64,000 nucleotides of DNA from an uncultured Myxococcales bacterium. Lineage in GTDB: Bacteria; Myxococcota_A; Bradymonadia; UBA4248. The notes beneath the pieces are model-generated. The model saw nothing but the letters and a program-made list of their open reading frames with translations. It searched no databases and was not told the origin of the DNA. Below, piece by piece: positions 19,203-28,529 of the stretch (the first letter of the stretch is position 1; every line of letters begins with the position of its first letter). The stretch is from the NCBI GenBank assembly GCA_964454015.1, contig CAYVQF010000030.1, positions 420 to 64,419 of the forward strand, in the 5' to 3' direction. Position numbers and translations under genes: made by a program.

Positions 19203-19910
19203 ATGGCCGAAGATCCCAAGGTGCGCATTCAAGAGGGTGAAGAGGCGGTGCGGCGGACCATCGTGGGGGGGCGTCCGCAGGCGCACAGCGGGAGGCACAT
19301 CGAGGTGCCCATTGGCATCGAGCGGGTCTTGCTGCGGGCGGCAACGGAGCCGGCTTTTCGCCGGGCCTTGGCCACGGATCGCGCAGGCGCCCTGGCGACG
19401 ATGCACACGGCGCTGAGCCCGACGGAGGGGGCCGTGTTGCGCACGGTCTCGGCGGCCCAGCTCGACGCCATGATCCAGGGCATAGACTACAAGCGCCACA
19501 GCAAGGGCGGCCTCTTGCGCGCCGTTGCCGCGGCGACCTTCTCGGCGGCGGCGTTGACGGCGTGTGCGCCGGCTGAGCAAGTCCCAGCTCCGCCTCCGCC
19601 AGAAGCCCAGCATAGCGTCGAGATTGCGGCCGAGGCGCCAGAAGATGTCACGGCGCCGCCGCCGACGCCAGCGGTCATTGCCGGAGAAGAGGGCGCCCCT
19701 GAGGCTGCGGCCGAGACGGGCGCAGAAGGCGCTGCCGCTGCGCCCTCTGGGGAGGAGGGCGAAAGCAGTCCGGAGGTTGGGAACGAACCTGAGGAAGCGC
19801 CTGCCACGGATCCCGAGGTGGTCGAGCCGGTGAAGATCCCCATCCGCCAGGATAAGCCAGTGAGCCGCGGCATCAGCCCTGATCGTCCGCGTTCGCGCAG
19901 CCTGGATTGA
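19203..19910 (+). CDS. NHLP-leader-like protein with internal lipobox, acidic linker and C-terminal RGISPD motif
   Basis: GGAGG RBS; IERVLLRAATEPAFRRAL resembles nitrile-hydratase-like leaders; AAALTA-C; Glu/Ala/Pro linker. Confidence 0.65.
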   Translation: MAEDPKVRIQEGEEAVRRTIVGGRPQAHSGRHIEVPIGIERVLLRAATEPAFRRALATDRAGALATMHTALSPTEGAVLRTVSAAQLDAMIQGIDYKRHSKGGLLRAVAAATFSAAALTACAPAEQVPAPPPPEAQHSVEIAAEAPEDVTAPPPTPAVIAGEEGAPEAAAETGAEGAAAAPSGEEGESSPEVGNEPEEAPATDPEVVEPVKIPIRQDKPVSRGISPDRPRSRSLD

Positions 19911-20601
19911 CGGCAGGCTCCCTATCGTCGCCGAGTTCTTGGAAGAGGTCTTCGAGGAAGCGTTCGAGCCGCGCGTGGCGGCGGGCACCTTCGGCGCGCG
20001 CCGAGGGCAGGCGCAGCGTCGCGCCAAGAGCGAGGAGCTTGCGGGGGAAGTGGTCCACGGCGAAGTGGCGGTCATCCAGGGACCGTTCCTGGGCCCGTGG
20101 GTCGGCAGGATCGTAGAGCTGGGAATGCCCACGGGCCATGCGTTGGGCACAGCAAAAAGTGCGAGCGATACCGATGGCCCCCATGGCGTCGAGGCGATCG
20201 GCCTCTTGCAGCACGAGAGCGACAGCGCTGGGTGGCGCCTTGCCACCGGACCAGGAGCCAGCGGCGATGGCCGCCTGAATCGTCTCGGTTTCAGCCGCGG
20301 TGTAGCCGGCGGCGCTCAGTAAGGGGGCTGAAGCGGTGGCGCTGTAGGCCGAGGCGGCGGCGCGCTCGGGGTCGTCTTTGGGGAGGTTGACCAGATCGTG
20401 GAGGAGGGCGGCGGCGGCGCACAATTCTGCCGACGCCTCGGCTTCTGGCGCGAGCACCAGGGCCCAGCGGCAGACGCGCAGGACGTGGAGGGCGTCGTGG
20501 GCCAAGTCGTCTGTGGCCGCGAGGGGGCGGACCGAGCGCCAGAGGGCGTCCAAGCGGGGGTGGATCGAGAAGGCCGCTTGAACTTCGGCAGGGTAGGGCA
20601 T
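19873..20601 (-). CDS. HD-domain phosphohydrolase (YedJ-like)
   Basis: AHDALHVLRV, LLHDL, ADRLDAMGAIGIARTF, DHF..KLL. Confidence 0.88.
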   Translation of the reverse strand: MPYPAEVQAAFSIHPRLDALWRSVRPLAATDDLAHDALHVLRVCRWALVLAPEAEASAELCAAAALLHDLVNLPKDDPERAAASAYSATASAPLLSAAGYTAAETETIQAAIAAGSWSGGKAPPSAVALVLQEADRLDAMGAIGIARTFCCAQRMARGHSQLYDPADPRAQERSLDDRHFAVDHFPRKLLALGATLRLPSARAEGARRHARLERFLEDLFQELGDDREPAVNPGCANADDQG

Positions 20602-20658
20602 GGGCTCACCTCAGAGGCAGGCATGGGGGAAGGGCGCGGGCGACGGCGGGTTGGGATC

Positions 20659-21900
20659 TCAGCGCAAGACTTTGTGCTGCAGGCCTTTGGCTTCGAGCTC
20701 GCTGAGCACGATGCCGAGCTGGGAGGTGTCCTGGAGGTTGAAGGTCAAGGTGACCTGGACGTAGCCCACGGGGACGCTGGTCGTCGAGCGTTCGTGGGAG
20801 ATTTCGTGGATGGAAGCGCGCACCCGCTCGAGGATGGAGATGATGGACTGCAGGGTCCCGGCTTGATCGGGGATGAGGACGGCGATGCGGGCGCGAAAGC
20901 CTTGCTCCATGACCCCTTTGTCGAGGATCTGTTCGAGGATGGCCATGTTGATGTTGCCGCCGCTGATGATGGGGACCACGGTCTTTCCGGCTAGGTCGGC
21001 TTGGCCGAAGAGCACGGCGGCCATGGCGGCGACGCCGGCCGGCTCGGCGAGGATTTTGGCGCGCTGGAGCAGCAGATAGGCGGCGCGGGCGATCTCGTCA
21101 TCCGTGACCACGACCACGTCGTCGACAAAGCGCTGCGCCGCTTCCAAGGTCAGGTTGCCCGGCGCTTTGACGGCGATGCCGTCGGCGATGGTGCGCACCG
21201 AGGTCAGGGCTTGGACCCGACCGGCGTCGAGGGAGGCCTTCATCCCTTGGGCCCCCTGGGCCTCGACGCCGACGATGCGGATGCTGGGGTTGAGATGTTT
21301 CAACGCGATGGCGACCCCGGCGATGAGACCACCGCCCCCGATGGGGACCCAGACTTCATCCACCGTGCGGAGACGCTCGAAGATTTCCAGGCCGATGGTG
21401 CCTGCGCCAGCGATGATATGGGGGTGGTTGAAGGGGTGGACGAAGACGGCGCCGCTCTCGGTGCCATAGTCGACGGCGGCCTGAAGAGCGTCGTCGAAGG
21501 TGTCGCCTTGCAAGACCACCTCGGCCCCATAAGCGCGCGTGGCGATAACCTTGAGCGGGGGCGCAAAGATGGGCATGAAGACCTTCGAGGCGACCCCCAA
21601 GCGACTGGCGGCATAGGCGACGCCCTGGGCGTGGTTGCCTGCGGAAGCGCAGATGACGCCGCGCCGACGCTCGTCTTCACTCAGATTGACGATCTTCATG
21701 TAGGCGCCGCGCGCCTTGAATGAGCCCGTGGATTGGAGATTCTCCAGCTTGAGGTAGACCTGGGCCCCGGTCATGGCCGAGAAGGATTTGCTGCGTTCCA
21801 GTGGGGTCTCTTTGACCACGCCCTGCAGCAGGGTCTGGGCCCGAATGATCTCGGAGAAGTGGGGGAGGGGGAGCGGACAAGGTGCGTAAGCCATTTTCAC
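20659..21900 (-). CDS. ilvA: Threonine ammonia-lyase with C-terminal ACT domain
   Basis: LKLENLQSTGSFKARGA, SAGNHAQG, IGGGGL, TIADGIAV, SGGN; ACT domain. Confidence 0.92.
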   Translation of the reverse strand: MKMAYAPCPLPLPHFSEIIRAQTLLQGVVKETPLERSKSFSAMTGAQVYLKLENLQSTGSFKARGAYMKIVNLSEDERRRGVICASAGNHAQGVAYAASRLGVASKVFMPIFAPPLKVIATRAYGAEVVLQGDTFDDALQAAVDYGTESGAVFVHPFNHPHIIAGAGTIGLEIFERLRTVDEVWVPIGGGGLIAGVAIALKHLNPSIRIVGVEAQGAQGMKASLDAGRVQALTSVRTIADGIAVKAPGNLTLEAAQRFVDDVVVVTDDEIARAAYLLLQRAKILAEPAGVAAMAAVLFGQADLAGKTVVPIISGGNINMAILEQILDKGVMEQGFRARIAVLIPDQAGTLQSIISILERVRASIHEISHERSTTSVPVGYVQVTLTFNLQDTSQLGIVLSELEAKGLQHKVLR

Positions 21901-22213
21901 TTCCGTTGCGCAGAGGTGCGCCCCGTTGGGCGCACACGATCGCGCGCCACCATAGCGCTTCTGGGGGAACGGCGACAGGGCATAGGCACCAGGTCGGCGC
22001 CGCGTCTCGACGACGGGTTGCGCAAGGTCAAATTTTCCAAGGGTCTGCGCTTCTCTTCTTGGAAAATGTCTACCACTTTCAAGCGGATAACCTCGTGATC
22101 GCTGCGACTTGGGCTTTACAAAAGGAGCGCACCCCTATAGCCTTGTCAACGATGGGCAGGTCCGTCACCTCATGACGCCCAAAATGCTGGCATTCGGCAC
22201 GGGAGCTGACACG

Positions 22214-23509
22214 ATGAAGCAGGGACTCCAATCGCCTCAACTCACCGAATCAACCCAGGACAAGCAGGACAAAGCGCCCCTGCCTGAGGCCAAGGAGTCG
22301 ACCCAGCTCTACGCCACCCTGGGCGGTATGAGCTGGGAAGAGCAGGTGCAGTACCTGCAACCTGGCGCCGAAAACGCCAACGAAGTGACGCGCGAAAAGG
22401 GCCCTGAAGAGGCCGTGCCTGAGAGCGCCCCAGAGAAGGTCACCTGGCGCACGCCTCTGATCGCCGCTTGGGGTCAGGCGCGCTTCGACGCCCTCCAGCA
22501 GAAACTCGGCGGCCGCCTCTACGACCTCAACCTGGCCTTCAAGAGTGACCCCGACCGCATCGCCATCATCTGCGATCACTTCGAGCAAGCCCGGGCCCGC
22601 ACGGTGGCGCGCTGGCTCGCCAAGGACATCGCCGCCCATGAAGGCGCCTTTGGCCTCACGCCCCTGCTCAAGCTCATCGATCTCGGGCTCGACCTCGGCT
22701 GGACCACCCGCACGGTGAGCCAGACCATCGCTTCCTTGCACCAAGCCGGCATGGCGAGCGCTGGCTACACCTTGGTCCGCGCCGCGAGTGGCGCTGGTTG
22801 GAGCCAGGCCCAGCTCGCCGAGTGCGTCGCCGCGGCCCAGCGCCTCAAAGCCAGCGCCGACGACCTCCAGCGACTCATCCCCGCGGCGCAAGCGCGAGGC
22901 ATGGACGCCGAAGAACTCATGAGCCTCATGCGCCGCTTCGCCAAGACCCCCGTCGCCAGCCTGGCCGCCCTCCATATGATGCTCACCGACGCTGAGCCCA
23001 TCGGCGCCGACAACATCCGCGAGGCCCTCGAGATCTACCCCCTCTTCAGAGCCGGGAACACCACCGTCAAGGGCGGCGCGCCGCCGGCCGAGCAGGCCGC
23101 CAACACCAGCGCCCTCGAGATCAAGGCCGGCCCCAAAAACAAGCAGAGCAACGCCAAGGTCTACATCGCCGAAGGGGACATCCGCCACTACAAGTCGGGG
23201 CACTCCTATCCCGATTACGCCCTGACTCGCTCCAATATCCGCCGCGCCGACGTCTCCACCATGTTTCCCCTCGACTTGGACATCACGGCCGCAGCGGATC
23301 AGGCCCTGCGCGACAACCAAGCTCGCCTCACCCGGCAGATGGGCAAAGGCCTCAAGGACTACCGCGGCGCTTTCGGCGAGAACTACTGTGGCTTCCAGGT
23401 GGTCGGCCCCGAAGAGATGCGCATGACGCAGTTCTACCCCGCCAATGGCTTCGGTGAGCCGCGCTCCAAGCTGACCCTGCTCGCCGTCAAAGCCCTGGTT
23501 CAGCCCTGA
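22214..23509 (+). CDS. Hypothetical protein, possible polymorphic toxin (EndoU-like C-terminus)
   Basis: GGAG RBS; C-terminal RHYKSGH...STMFP...TQFYP. Confidence 0.6.
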   Translation: MKQGLQSPQLTESTQDKQDKAPLPEAKESTQLYATLGGMSWEEQVQYLQPGAENANEVTREKGPEEAVPESAPEKVTWRTPLIAAWGQARFDALQQKLGGRLYDLNLAFKSDPDRIAIICDHFEQARARTVARWLAKDIAAHEGAFGLTPLLKLIDLGLDLGWTTRTVSQTIASLHQAGMASAGYTLVRAASGAGWSQAQLAECVAAAQRLKASADDLQRLIPAAQARGMDAEELMSLMRRFAKTPVASLAALHMMLTDAEPIGADNIREALEIYPLFRAGNTTVKGGAPPAEQAANTSALEIKAGPKNKQSNAKVYIAEGDIRHYKSGHSYPDYALTRSNIRRADVSTMFPLDLDITAAADQALRDNQARLTRQMGKGLKDYRGAFGENYCGFQVVGPEEMRMTQFYPANGFGEPRSKLTLLAVKALVQP

Positions 23510-23573
23510 GTGAGCCCGCCACGCGCTGCTGCTGCGGACGTGGATCCCAAGATAGTAACAAAGGATTGCCGGT

Positions 23574-24113
23574 ATGTACCCTAGCGCACCCAGCCAGACG
23601 GCGCCGCGCCACATCGCCCTCGGCGCCTACGACACCAGCGGCGACCGCACGGTGCTCCTGAGCGACGTCCTCGCCGGTGAGGTCGCCCCCGACGCCATCG
23701 AGCCCGGCGACGCGGTCATTGCCCTCTGGGATGGGGCGCAGGTCTACCTGCGCGAGGTTTGGAATTTCGGGGACTTGGAGCACATCACGCGGCAACTGGC
23801 CCTGGTGCGCGCGCGCCTGGCCGCGGGCCAAGTCGCCCTGCTGCGCTCGACCTTCCTCGACGAGCTCAAGGTGCCCTTTTTGCACTGGGCACCCGATGCG
23901 GCCGGCCACACAGCGGTCACGACCTTCTTCGTCACCGAAACCGAAAGCAACGCCATCTTCCCCGACGGCGCCGACAGCGACACCCTCTATGCCCACGTCG
24001 CCGCGGCTTGGGAGCAGCTCGAGCGCCGCCCGGTCTGTGTGCTGCCCACCTCAGCCCTGGTGACCGACCTGGACGCGGCGCTTGCCGAGGCGCAGCGCTT
24101 TCTTTCGTTATAA
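23574..24113 (+). CDS. Hypothetical acidic protein, possible immunity protein
   Basis: 179 aa, directly downstream of and co-oriented with the putative toxin; no signal peptide. Confidence 0.55.
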   Translation: MYPSAPSQTAPRHIALGAYDTSGDRTVLLSDVLAGEVAPDAIEPGDAVIALWDGAQVYLREVWNFGDLEHITRQLALVRARLAAGQVALLRSTFLDELKVPFLHWAPDAAGHTAVTTFFVTETESNAIFPDGADSDTLYAHVAAAWEQLERRPVCVLPTSALVTDLDAALAEAQRFLSL

Positions 24114-24282
24114 TTTGAAGGGATCCACGGGCCTAGGGCGCCCGCGACGGCGCGTGGCCTGGGCTGGGTCCTGGGGACTGCTCGTGATGCGGGGGGCTTG
24201 GGTCGCCGGGTTGCCTTGTGTTAGAAGGCGTTGACGGCCCCTGGGAGCCGTCCTGAGCTTTTCTTTGGCCAGGGTGGAGACG

Positions 24283-25548
24283 ATGTCGCGCGTGAACCCG
24301 AACCTAGCAGCGGCGCTGCGCCTGCTGCCCCAAGAGCGTCCGGTCAAGCCGTTGCGCTGCCGCGTGCGCGCCAGCGCCGTGCGCCGGCTGAAGGGCGGTA
24401 CACCGTGGGTCTTCGACCGCACCATCGACGAGGCCCCTGACAACGGTCGGGCTGGCGATTTGGTCGCCATTTACGACCAGCGTCGGCAGCCTCTGGGCCT
24501 TGGCCTGTGGGACCCCGACTCACCGCTGCGGGTGCGGCGGGTGAGCGAGCAGGGGGGGAGCCCGATCGATGGCGACTACTTTCTCCAGCGCATTGCTGGC
24601 GCCATGGCTAGACGCGAGGGTCTCTTGGCCCCGACCTGCACCACGGGCTACCGCTGGGTCAACGGGGAGTCCGACGGCATGCCGGCGTGGATACTCGATC
24701 GTTATGGCGATACGGCGGTGTTGAAGCTCTACAGCACGGTGTGGATGCCCTTTTTGGCGGAGTTGCTGCCGACGCTGCAGGAGCTGCTCCCGGTGGCGCG
24801 GGTGGTGCTGCGCTTGGCCCGCAAAGTCCAGGCGGCCTATGGGCGCTTTGCATTGAGCGATGGCCTGGTGATTCTTGGGGATGAGGCTGACATCAGCGCG
24901 GCGCCCTTTTTGGAAGACGGCGCGCTCCTGGAGGCGCAGGTCATCAAGGGGCAGAAAACGGGCTTCTTTTTGGATCAACGAGAGAACCGGGCCCGAGTGC
25001 GGGCCGCGGCCTCTGGGCGCCGGGTCTTGGATCTGTTTTCTTTTTCCGGTGGCTTCTCCCTGGCGGCGGCCCGCGGCGGTGCCATGGAGGTTTTCAGCGT
25101 CGATGGCGATGGCAATGCGTTGCAGCAGGCGGCACGGCACTTCGCCATGAACCGGGATGACGTCGCCGTCGCGGCCTGTGAGCACCACTGCGTGCGGCAG
25201 GATGTTTTCGCGGCGCTGGCTGACTTCGAGGCGCGCGGAGAGCGCTTTGACCTGGTCGTGGTCGATCCGCCCTCCTTTGCCGCCAACGCGACGAGCGTGG
25301 AGCATGCCCTGAGCGCCTACGCGCACTTGGCCCAGGCGGCGGCAAAGGTGCTGCGGGGCGACGGGCGGATGCTCTTCTGCTCCTGCTCGGCCCACATCAC
25401 GGAGAGCGCCTTCATGGAGGCCCTGCGTCGGGGGCTGGGGCTGCACTGGGTCAGCGGCGGCGGTCCCTACGGCCTGCCGGCAGATCATCCAGCGTCCTTC
25501 CCTGAGGCGCACTATCTCAAGGCGGTGTGGATGCAGGCGGGATCTTAG
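24283..25548 (+). CDS. rlmI: Class I SAM-dependent rRNA methyltransferase, RlmI-like
   Basis: PUA-like N-terminus, [39 protein letters not shown]. Confidence 0.85.
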   Translation: MSRVNPNLAAALRLLPQERPVKPLRCRVRASAVRRLKGGTPWVFDRTIDEAPDNGRAGDLVAIYDQRRQPLGLGLWDPDSPLRVRRVSEQGGSPIDGDYFLQRIAGAMARREGLLAPTCTTGYRWVNGESDGMPAWILDRYGDTAVLKLYSTVWMPFLAELLPTLQELLPVARVVLRLARKVQAAYGRFALSDGLVILGDEADISAAPFLEDGALLEAQVIKGQKTGFFLDQRENRARVRAAASGRRVLDLFSFSGGFSLAAARGGAMEVFSVDGDGNALQQAARHFAMNRDDVAVAACEHHCVRQDVFAALADFEARGERFDLVVVDPPSFAANATSVEHALSAYAHLAQAAAKVLRGDGRMLFCSCSAHITESAFMEALRRGLGLHWVSGGGPYGLPADHPASFPEAHYLKAVWMQAGS

Positions 25549-25913
25549 GGGGCAGCTTCGACCACCTCGGGTGCTTTGATGCGGTTGTGATCGTCTACCA
25601 TGACCACAGCGGGCTGGTGGAGGGCAGCTTCTTCTGGGCTCATCTGACAGTAAGCGACGATGATCACTTTATCGCCCGGGTGGACCAGGCGCGCGGCGGC
25701 ACCGTTGAGGCAAATCTCACCGTCTTTGCCAGCGATGACGTAGGTGGCGAAGCGGGCGCCGTTGTCGCAGTCGTAGATCTCGACGCGCTCGTGGAGCAGG
25801 AAACCGGCGCGGCTGGCGAGGACGGGATCGATGGAGATCGAGCCCTCGTAGTTGAGATCGGCGCCCGTCACGGTGGCGCGGTGAATCTTGCCCTTCATCA
25901 TGGTGATCTGCAT
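25545..25913 (-). CDS. panD: Aspartate 1-decarboxylase
   Basis: [20 protein letters not shown] (Gly-Ser cleavage site), [16 protein letters not shown]. Confidence 0.96.
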   Translation of the reverse strand: MQITMMKGKIHRATVTGADLNYEGSISIDPVLASRAGFLLHERVEIYDCDNGARFATYVIAGKDGEICLNGAAARLVHPGDKVIIVAYCQMSPEEAALHQPAVVMVDDHNRIKAPEVVEAAP

Positions 25914-25931
25914 AGCCTTGGATCTCTTGGC

Positions 25932-26039
25932 TTCAAGTCGGGGGACCCAGGAGGCCGCCCCGAGCGGGTCTCCCCCGATGAAGGTGGGAGCCCATTTGAC
26001 ATGAGGCAAGTGGTACCAGCGCGTGGCCGGCACCACTTG
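25932..26039 (-). ncRNA. Candidate cis-regulatory leader (pan RNA-like) upstream of panD
   Basis: Two strong stem-loops in the leader; the proximal one has a purine (GA) bulge in its 5' arm. Confidence 0.4.
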
Positions 26040-26223
26040 GCGGCGGTAGAGAAGCACATTTTCCTGGCAAAGGCCAGATCATCCGTTGCGAAATACGGCA
26101 ATCAGCGGCGCGTTGGGACGATGGCGTGGGGCTTTTACTCTGCAGGGCAAGCGTCTATGCTACAGGTGTTCTCGCGCCAGCCCCAAGCCGATGACGCTGT
26201 GGGGTAGCAAGATGGAGTGGTCT

Positions 26224-27360
26224 ATGCGTTGGGTACGTCAGAGCCGTCTCGTTGCTGCGGTCTTTCTCTTGGTGCTTCTCCTTCCGTTTACGGCCAAATC
26301 TGACGAGCAGATGCGCGTCTTTTTGCGCTTCAGCGGACCACTGGCCGCCAAGGTGTCCGTGCTCGAGGTGGCTTTCGAGGCGCCCATCCTGGCCGAGACC
26401 AAAGTGCGCTTCGCCGGCACCAAAGAAATGGACGCGGTCTACGCCGAGTGCCGCGAACAGATCGGCGTCGCGACGGCCGTGGAGCGAGAGTGCGAGCTGA
26501 TGGCAGCGCGGCGGATCTTCGTCGAGCAGATCATCGATATCGCTGCAAACAAGACCGATAAGGGCGGCGTGCGCCTGACCCTGAGTGTGTGGAGCACCGA
26601 CGACAACGCGAAGATCTTTGGCGCCCTGATCGCCGTGCCCAGCACGAGCGACGCCGACCTCGAAGAGGGGCTGCAGAGCTTGGCGCGTGACTACTTGTGT
26701 CACCGCGGCCTGAAGCGCCATTGTCCCGACGGCGACGCGCCAGCGGCCGAGGAGCCGCTCACCAAGCCCGACCCTTCCGAGCCCGTGGCGATCACCCCGC
26801 AGCAAGACCTTCAGGGGAGCAAAGGCCCGACCCGGATTCACGCTGACAGTGGGCGGCCCATCAACTTTTTGCAGCACAGCCGCGGGGAGTGGACCCTGCA
26901 TCGACGCGATGGCGACCTCGTCTGTGTGCTGCCCTGTACCCGCGATGTGCCGTCTGACAGCGGCTATTACCTGATGGGGCATCGCGTCGACAGCGGTGAA
27001 CCACGCGAGATTCGCGTGCCCAGGGACATTGGCTACGGGCAGGAACCTATGGACGCCCGCATCGATCTAGACGACGACTGGCAGACTTGGGAGATCACCT
27101 CACTGATTTTGTTGGGTTCTAGTCTGGTAGTCACTGGCATTGGCATGGGGCTCTTTTTGGCCAACGCCAACGATGATGAGCGCGGGGTGGCCTTCGGTGC
27201 CGGCATCGCGGCTTACGCCGTCGGTGGCATTACCTTGACCATCGTCACGCCTGTCTATGCGTTGTGGCACTGGGTGAAATCGCCCGGCAAGGACATGCTG
27301 TACCTGGAGGCGGCAGAGCAACAGAAGGCGATGTCACTTCAGTTCACCACGACCTTCTAG
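26224..27360 (+). CDS. Exported protein with C-terminal TM hairpin (myxobacterial type)
   Basis: Signal peptide, Pro-rich linker, VCVLPC PEGA-like segment, two C-terminal hydrophobic helices. Confidence 0.65.
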   Translation: MRWVRQSRLVAAVFLLVLLLPFTAKSDEQMRVFLRFSGPLAAKVSVLEVAFEAPILAETKVRFAGTKEMDAVYAECREQIGVATAVERECELMAARRIFVEQIIDIAANKTDKGGVRLTLSVWSTDDNAKIFGALIAVPSTSDADLEEGLQSLARDYLCHRGLKRHCPDGDAPAAEEPLTKPDPSEPVAITPQQDLQGSKGPTRIHADSGRPINFLQHSRGEWTLHRRDGDLVCVLPCTRDVPSDSGYYLMGHRVDSGEPREIRVPRDIGYGQEPMDARIDLDDDWQTWEITSLILLGSSLVVTGIGMGLFLANANDDERGVAFGAGIAAYAVGGITLTIVTPVYALWHWVKSPGKDMLYLEAAEQQKAMSLQFTTTF

Positions 27361-27378
27361 ACATCGCGCCGGGGGACG

Positions 27379-28392
27379 ATGGGCCGCAACCGCGAGCAGA
27401 TGCGAAGCTTGCTACAGAAGTACGGCGCCGCGCGCGACGTGGCGGCCTTGGAGCTGGCCCTGCGCGAAGCCGACCGGAACAGCGCCGAGCAAGATGTGGT
27501 GGAGATCTGCGACGCCTTACAGGCCATAGGGCAGTGGCGCCAGGTGTGGCAGCACGGCGCGCGTCTCTTGGCCCGGGCGGCCTGTGAGGCGTGCCGAGGT
27601 CAAGGCTATTTGAGCCAACTCGGAGAAGGCGTGAGCCTGTGCCGGGCGTGTCAAGGTGCGGGCGCACCGCTCTTGCTCCGAGACCACGCCCTGAGCGCGG
27701 CGCGGGTGCTGCGCACCCTCATTCCGGCGACGTGGCCACGCTGTGCATGCGGTCCACAGTGGATGGCCCCCCGGACGGAGGCCGCCGAGCCCTGTGCGAC
27801 GTGCAGTGAGCCCCGCGTCCTGGGGGAAGACCTCGCCACGAACCCCTGGCCGCGTCTGGTAGCGGCCTTGCGGTGGTGGTGGTTCGATGGGTGGTACTTC
27901 TGGCTCGCTGGCCGCCTCCATGCCAAGGGCCAATTGGTCTCCTTTGCGGAAGCGGGCAACCAAGGCATGCGCGCCAGCGATGGGATGCGGATCCTGCCGG
28001 GCGGCCAGGTGCGGGATTTGCCGGCGGTGGCCATGCCTTGCCCCGAGCTGCCGGCGTGCATCTGTGTGGCCGATGCTGCCGATTGGCTGGGGCGGCGCTG
28101 CGCCGAGCCCCATTGTGGCGGCGTCATCGGTCTCGACGGGCGCTGCTCGGGTTGTGGCGAGCTCATCTCTGGCCTATCTCCGGGGAAGTGCCCGGGCGGC
28201 TGCACCTTGATCCACACGGCGGGTGGGCGGCCGCTCTATCACGCCTTGGTGGATCGCGCTGACCCAAGCCGCTTGACGGCGCGCCTATGTCCCCTGTGCG
28301 CCGGCAACGGTCGCTGTGCCCGCTGCGTCCCGGCGGACGACGGTCTCTCTTACGCGGTAAAGTCGCTGTTGTTGGCCATCGAGGAAGATTAG
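27379..28392 (+). CDS. Hypothetical multi-CxxC zinc-binding protein
   Basis: CEACRGQG, CRACQGAG and CPLCAGNGRCARC (DnaJ-like CxxCxGxG) plus further Cys pairs; no signal peptide. Confidence 0.65.
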   Translation: MGRNREQMRSLLQKYGAARDVAALELALREADRNSAEQDVVEICDALQAIGQWRQVWQHGARLLARAACEACRGQGYLSQLGEGVSLCRACQGAGAPLLLRDHALSAARVLRTLIPATWPRCACGPQWMAPRTEAAEPCATCSEPRVLGEDLATNPWPRLVAALRWWWFDGWYFWLAGRLHAKGQLVSFAEAGNQGMRASDGMRILPGGQVRDLPAVAMPCPELPACICVADAADWLGRRCAEPHCGGVIGLDGRCSGCGELISGLSPGKCPGGCTLIHTAGGRPLYHALVDRADPSRLTARLCPLCAGNGRCARCVPADDGLSYAVKSLLLAIEED

Positions 28393-28529
28393 CTGCAGTA
28401 CGGAATCGTTCGTATATCGTGCGGCGCCTCAGCCAATGCGCACCCATTTTAGTGAAACCACAAGGGGTCTTTCGGATTTTGGCGAGTCCTGTATACTCCC
28501 GGGTGGGCCACATGATTGGGAGGTAGGCA

